DNA of 64,000 nucleotides from assembly GCA_023515795.1 (NCBI GenBank), contig JALGPX010000014.1, positions 124,001 through 188,000 of the forward strand, given 5' to 3'. This document shows positions 57,549 through 64,000 of the stretch, piece by piece. The position numbers and the translations under genes were made by a program. Position 1 is the first letter of the stretch. The number at the start of each line of letters is the position of its first letter. This DNA comes from Amoeboaphelidium occidentale (taxonomy: Eukaryota). Below the pieces are notes generated by a model, which was not told the DNA's origin, made no database searches, and worked only from the letters and a program-made list of their open reading frames with translations.

Positions 57549-60500
57549 CTAATCGCCGTTATCTGATTTCGACAAGTCAATGTAATCACCAACTAACCGC
57601 AGAAACTCGAGAACTTGAACAGACTTGTACATGTCATCTTTAAGAGCACGATCTTCAATCTGATCAACTTTTCTCTTGGTAACCTGGGCCCGACAAGAGT
57701 TTAGGTATTCAGAACTCTCTTGACACAGCACAGCATACGTGTGTATTATGGGATCACAGAATTCCGGCCACCGGATCCGCCGAAGGTCCTGATACACACT
57801 ACGAAGATTTCCAGCCTGTATGCAATTCATAAAGATGAAGATATACTTGTCAATCATCTCTATCAAAAATTCCAAGATTGATGATGCTAGCTACAAGAAT
57901 GATGAATTAGACTGAATTCCAGAAGAAAAAACTTACACTAACATCCAACTCGTCTTTTGAACCTAAATATTCTGTGATTGAATGCTGTAATGACTTTGAT
58001 TGTGTGGCTAAACAGAAGCACAAATAATTACAGAATCTGTAGTCCAACTTTGCAGATTCCTGGATAATATCAGCTAACAGCCAGTAATATTCTGGAACAA
58101 ATTGCTGGTTGAATTTGATAATGACGTTGTTGTAACTGGACCGAATAGGCAGATCGCATAGTAGTAAAGCGCTCCCATGATTCTCCACCATAAAATCCAT
58201 CAAACCCTCTGCGTCAACATCCAATAATATCAAACGCAACAGTTTCACTAATTCAAATAAATCCCTAAAATTAGCTCCACTTCTGTGATCCAGAAACTCT
58301 TTAATCCAAAAGAATAGCAACTCATAACGTTCCGATACGGATACAATGAGTTCCGTTTCTATGGATTTAGTCTTGATGAGGTATTCGAGGCATTGGTATA
58401 AAAGTTTGCAATACTGCTCAATATGTGGAACCATAGCGAAATCATTTCCGTCATTGGCGGAATCATAAATTATAAACTTCTTCATTCTACTCACCAACAA
58501 TGTAGTCAATGCCGGCACAGAATAATGACCATCTTGTTCAGTAAAGAATAATCTGTTTGCGAGATTAAAAGCGGCAACACGAACTTGTCTTTGCTGGTAC
58601 TGACCCAAATACGTTAAGATCCAGTACTTTGCGTATGAATACAATTCTTCAGTCAGATCCGGACTCTCATAATCTGTCAGAAACTTCAAAGCAGATGATT
58701 TCAATGTCACTATATCATCATTATCCTTCATAATTCCTAGTAAAGAAACCAAAAAGTTTCGAGCATCCAAATCATGATCAGATTGGTACAAAACATCACT
58801 TTGAGCAGAGAACAGAATCTTCATGTTGATTTCATGCAGAGAATCAGATTGTAGAACATCAAATATAAAACATGCATCTTCAGCTTCATTGGACTCGACA
58901 TATCTTGCCAGAAAGTAGAATGCAACTAAACCAACATGATAAACTTCATACACGAACGGCAGTTTCATTCTTATGAGGACAGACACTATAGATCCAATCA
59001 TTTGTACTGGCAAGAATTCTCTTAGTAAATACAGAAACTTTACAACTTCAGAGCATTCACTGTGTTCTTGGGTATTAGCAGGAGTGGATGTTCCAGATAA
59101 ACCTTCTTTAGAATGAACACTCGAAATTTCGATACTTTTTACAGTTTCCACTAAATCTTTTATGCGCCCTTTGACATTTGCATCCACAAACTTTCGGATA
59201 TCTTCTTGTGGTAATGCTTCCAGTATATCATTACAAAGCACCAAATTAGCAGCTTCAATCATTGCATTTAGGAACGCTGGTAATGGAGACTTGTTTTGCA
59301 ATTGTTTCAATAATTTACTCAAAAACTCTGAATTCCTAGCCAAACCAACTCTTGAAGAATTACTAGTAATGAATTGTATCAATTCAGTCTCATGCTCCAT
59401 ATTGTTTGAGACTGCTTCAAGTATTGCTGTTTCAACTCTTGTCATTAGTGCTCGACTTGCAAAACTATTCAGAGCACTTAAAACAAAGAATCTAAATTTC
59501 AACATAAACTGCAACAACTTTTTTGGTACTTTACAATCTCTTGTTATATTCTTGAGTATCCCATCGACCAACGAGTACATTCTCTGATCATTCACTAATA
59601 ATTGAATACCATACTTGTAATTATCCTCCATAACCTTTTGTTTCAATCTATCATGAGTCTCCGAATGCTTAACAGCAACATTTTGTTCCTGTTCAAGAAC
59701 CTTCTCATAGACCAAAATGTATGCTGAATAATTCCCTCCTCCAAAACAATCCTTTGGAATATCTTGTGGATCATAAGGAAAAACTTGTGCATCATTAAAT
59801 AACCACCATAACCCAGTATCTCTATCCTGAACATAACTATAATAATGCCCAGAATCAGCAGTACCAATATGAACAAGCACACCCTTCAATCTATACTTTG
59901 CCAATTGTTTCTTCTCCATCTTCTTTGATGGAGCATCATCTGAACTCACGCTATTCTCTCTTTCCCTCTTTACTCCAGCCCCCATTAAAACATCTGCTGC
60001 TGCTTCTTCTTCTTCTTCTTCTTGGTCACAACAATATTCTCCCAAATCCATTTCCGCATAGAATTCAAATGAATCATTAACCTTTTNCATCTTCTTTGAT
60101 GAAGCATCATCTGAACTCACGCTATTCTCTCTTTCCCTCTTTACTCCAGCCCCCATTAAAACATCTGCTGCTGCTGCTGCTTCTTCTTCTTCTTCTTGGT
60201 CACAACAATATTCTCCCAAATCCATTTCCGCATAGAATTCAAATGAATCATTAACCTTTTCCCTAACCATTCTCTGAAAATCAAATTCAAATCTTTTCAG
60301 TGATACAAACAGTACTGGAGGCAACTGTTTCAACCTCAAAGTCTTTGCAGCATCAACTTTTCTCGCTGGTTGACACTGTTCACACTTGTACTGATTCTCA
60401 TCCTGCAGCATTTCTTCACTAGAATATTCCTGTTGCAATGATTCCTTCATGGATGCAACTTTTAATACATTCAACTGCAAAGAATAAAACAATTCCAATC

Positions 60501-62899
60501 TTTTGGAACAATGCTGACAGTGCTTTGATTGAATCTTCATTTCATGCTGACCTCTAAACAAATCCTGAACTAAATTAAAACGCTCCAGTCGATCAAATAA
60601 AAGATTATAATATTCATCAACATCCATTTGCTGATTAACATTCAGAACATTCTTCTCTTCTTCACCAGAATCGTTGTTGTTGTTGTTATTATTATTATAG
60701 AATGCACACTGTTGAGCAAATTCTTCTGTAGAAACATATCCCTTTAATGAATACTTTAACTGCATAAACAACCACTGCAACTGCTTCAACAACTCTTTTG
60801 AATTCTTATTTTCAGCACTATCTGCTGCTGCTTCTTCTTGTTCCAAAGAATCTACATCATAATTCAACACTTTATCCCTGAACCCTTTAATATAAAACAA
60901 TTGCTGCAATAATGAATTCATATAACAAGTAGCACCCAAATTAACCAAACCCTTCTTACCATTCAAACTCCTAGTAGGTACTAAAACACTTGTTGATTCT
61001 AACCCTAACCCTATATTCTCAAAAGGAATCAAATACTCCAACAAATCCACAACCTTTAAACAATTACTAAAATCTTGCTCTGATCCTGAATCATCCTGAT
61101 CCAAAACAATAACATTATCCACTTGAACATTAGAATTATTCAACTGAGCCAATAGTAAATTATAAAGCAAAACAACAGTCTCTTCAACCACTAATTCTAA
61201 TTCTACTTCTTCTAATTTAATTGTAGATGGAAAGTAATACTCCTTTACAATTCCTTTAAACACTTGTTCCAAAGAAGGAATTCCATCAACTCTACAAGAT
61301 AACTCATCATCATCATCATCATCATTATTATTATTATTATACAATTGACTATAAATCCTGACTAGAATCATCTGATTATAACTCCTTGTAGATAATAATA
61401 TCCCTTCAAGTAATAATGAATACTCTTTAGTGTCTCTAAACAACACTAAAAGTAATTCATAACATCCCCCAAATGTAGTTCCAGACTGTAAAATATTATA
61501 CAACAATTCCTTCTTCTTCTTCTTCTTCTCTGCAATAGGAATATTCTTTACATAATCTATAAATAGCACTTCATTACCAACTCTAAAAACAAATTCACTT
61601 CCATAATTGTTGTCATCTTTAAAGTTGTGTAAAATAAAATCAATTAATGAATCTTCCTTCTCATTATTAAAAGTACTTAGTATTAATCTCAACATCAACA
61701 GTAAAACATTATTATAATTATAATTATAATTATAAGAAGAAGAACAAGAAGAAGAATGATTCTTATTATACTCTACAATTGAACACAAAAACAGAAACTT
61801 TCTAACTCCCAACTCCACTACTAAATTTAAAGAAGAAGTANTAAAATCAATTAATGAATCTTCCTTCTCATTATTAAAAGTACTTAGTATTAATCTCAAC
61901 ATCAACAGTAAAACATTATTATAATTATAATTATAAGAAGAAGAACAAGAACAAGAACAAGAATGATTCTTATTATACTCTACAATTGAACACAAAAACA
62001 GAAACTTTCTAACTCCCAACTCCACTACTAAATTTAAAGAAGAAGTAGGAATCTTATTAGTAGAATAATAATTCAACATTCTTTCCAACAAAACTCCATA
62101 AAACTCCAATAAATCCACATGTTTGTTATTAGAAGCCAAATCTTCATCATCACTTAATAATATAATCTCTTTATACAATTGATCATAATTTATAATTGAA
62201 TCTGATGATAAATACAATAATAAACAACTTCTTCTATAATTATCTCTCTTTTGTAGAATATATTGCATTACACTTATCCTATTATTATTATTATTATTGT
62301 TATTATTATTATTGTAAGAATGTTTGTTTAGTGTGATTGGTTGAATGTATTCATTAATAAACAATACAATTCTTTCAATACTGTTATTGTTATTGTTATT
62401 GTTATTGTTATTGTTATTGTTATAAAAGAGTATTAAATCTACTATAAAATCTTGTGTAGAAATCCTTCTTATAAATTCAGAATACTTTAAATCTTCTTTT
62501 AAATATAAATCCATTCCTTCTATTAAATCAAAGTAATCAGAAGGATTCAAAAAAGTACAAGTAATAGTACAAGAAGTAAGGGAAATGTTGTAGAATGTGT
62601 TTGTAGTCTTTTTCAAATATTTTATAATTGAATGAGTCATACATTTTCCATTACTTTTTAAAGGTAATAAAATAGATTCTTTAGAATCATTACTGAAGTG
62701 TATATTAACTATAGTACTTCCTTCTTCTTCTTCTTCTTTATCTTCTTCCTTTGTTGTTGTTGTAGTTGTTGTAGTTGTTGTTGTAGAAGGATTGTAATAC
62801 TTTAATGTCAATTCAATTAGTTCAATTCTTTTTAGTATTTCTTCTATTGAATATTTACAAAGTGGATTCTCTTCTTCTTCTTCTTCTTTTGTTATTGTT

Positions 62900-62933
<34 letters not shown>

Positions 62934-63330
62934 CTTCTTGTTGCATTGTCATTAACACGTTGTTGTTTGTGGAAAAAGAAAAAATGATTGATTGTGATTC
63001 NTTAGAATCATTACTGAAGTGTATATTAACTATAGTACTTCCTTCTTCTTTATCTTTATCTTCTTCCTTTGTTGTTGTTGTAGTTGTTGTAGTTGTTGTA
63101 GAAGGATTGTAATACTTTAATGTCAATTCAATTAGTTCAATTCTTTTTAGTATTTCTTCTATTGAATATTTACAAAGTGGATTCTCTTCTTCTTCTTCTT
63201 CTTTTGTTGTTGTTGTTGTTGTTGTTGTTATTATTGTTGTTTCTTCTTGTTGCATTGTCATTAACACGTTGTTGTTTGTGGAAAAAGAAAAAATGATTGA
63301 TTGTGATTCCAATAGAAAACACCTTTTCAA
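57549..63330 (-). CDS. Large ubiquitin-specific protease (USP9/24/34-like, peptidase C19); intron 57891-57936; 5' end probably further upstream
   Basis: Cys box GLVNLGATCYMNSLLQQL, QQMDVDEY, LKRFEFD, His box GVLVHIGTADSGHYYSY, FND. Confidence 0.9.
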
Positions 63331-63920
63331 GTGGATGAGTCATCATCATCATCATCATCATCATCAACAATAATGATAATAATAATAATTCTATTTAATC
63401 TCAATTAGTATTGGATTAGTACTACTTTTAATATCTACTAATCCTCCTCCTCCTGNTGATTGATTGTGATTCCAATAGAAAACACCTTTTCAAGTGGATG
63501 AGTCATCATCATCATCATCATCAACAACAATAATGATAATAATAATAATAATAATTCTATTTAATCTCAATTAGTATTGGATTAGTACTACTTTTAATAT
63601 CTACTAATCCTCCTCCTCCTGATCCTGATGATACTCGAAATGTTCTTCTAATGTCATATACTCCTCTTTTGTATATTATTAGATTAGAATGTATTACTGT
63701 AGTTGTATTAGGATTCAGTTCAATTTCATACTTATTCTTGGTAGAATTCCAACTATATAATAATAATAATAATGATGATGATGATAATGATAATAATAAA
63801 AGCATTCTATCAAAGATTATTGTCATTTAATTAGTAATAAAAGTTACCTTTCTTTATCGTCACTACTATTGCTATTGCTACTACTACCACTACCACTACC
63901 ACTACCACTACTATTGTAGC
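60660..63920. repeat. Dense trinucleotide microsatellites (TTA/TTG/TTC/TCA/ACC) in an AT-rich region
   Basis: Runs seen directly; they encode poly-N, poly-T, poly-E and poly-D tracts in the USP N-terminal half. Confidence 0.9.
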
Positions 63921-64000
63921 ATGACAACAACTCAATTAATGCTTTTGCCTTTTGATTATGTGAATTGTTTTTCAGTTTAAATGTGACCTTTACCAAAGTA

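Larger units (their letters stand above)
5007..63621. other. Recurrent assembly-gap overlaps (near-identical 60-350 bp duplicates either side of Ns)
   Basis: Seen around Ns at about 5185, 7461, 12748, 19794, 28844, 29465, 50639, 51041, 52252, 60087, 61841, 63001 and 63456. Confidence 0.9.

Noticed and set aside
62805..63370. Poly-Leu, poly-Met and poly-Arg short ORFs
   Set aside because: These are alternative-frame translations of trinucleotide microsatellites.
5007..63621. Apparent tandem duplications, frameshifts and split genes in the flippase, ABCC, 7.3-kb orphan, Dis3 3' end, AAA-ATPase and USP
   Set aside because: Each is centred on N characters with overlapping near-identical flanks, so these are scaffolding artefacts rather than biological duplications or pseudogenes.
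1..64000. CRISPR array, rRNA, tRNA, spliceosomal snRNA, intact transposase or reverse transcriptase
   Set aside because: None was recognised by eye. Repeats are coding, microsatellite or gap-related. Small RNAs could be missed without covariance-model searches.

Overview
Eukaryotic nuclear DNA from a very compact, intron-containing genome. Introns are GT-AG and mostly 34-46 nt, and intergenic gaps are often under 50 bp. The gene repertoire is fungal-like with some ancestral retentions, consistent with an early-diverging fungus or Cryptomycota (Rozella-like); that placement is an inference. The window holds about 30 genes, mostly housekeeping: alkaline phosphatase, Arp8, P4-ATPase flippase, ABCC and ABCD transporters, cytohesin-type ARF-GEF, Dis3, DTWD1, Med31, uL1, Cwc24, a GNAT, Pub1/TIA-1, calnexin, Uba2, mitochondrial uS2, Gde1, Emi1, Pcc1, a CoA-transferase, holocytochrome c synthase, PanK, TatD, Nob1, Rad1 and a large USP. 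There are two accessory zones. (i) 28.3-31.8 kb has a decayed Fanzor/TnpB-like RuvC gene with hairpins just downstream (candidate omega-RNA), plus a tandem PAN/Apple-domain gene. (ii) 50.2-57.4 kb has a frameshifted bacterial-type AAA-ATPase/PD-(D/E)XK gene and a cluster of orphan secreted genes that share an upstream CACGTGA. Orphans of note are a protein with eight (F)xSGW(G) repeats (Argonaute-hook-like) and a multi-SAP-like/split-Myb protein. The assembly has many N-gaps flanked by duplicated, probably allelic, sequence. All family calls come from motif recognition by eye; no database searches were run.
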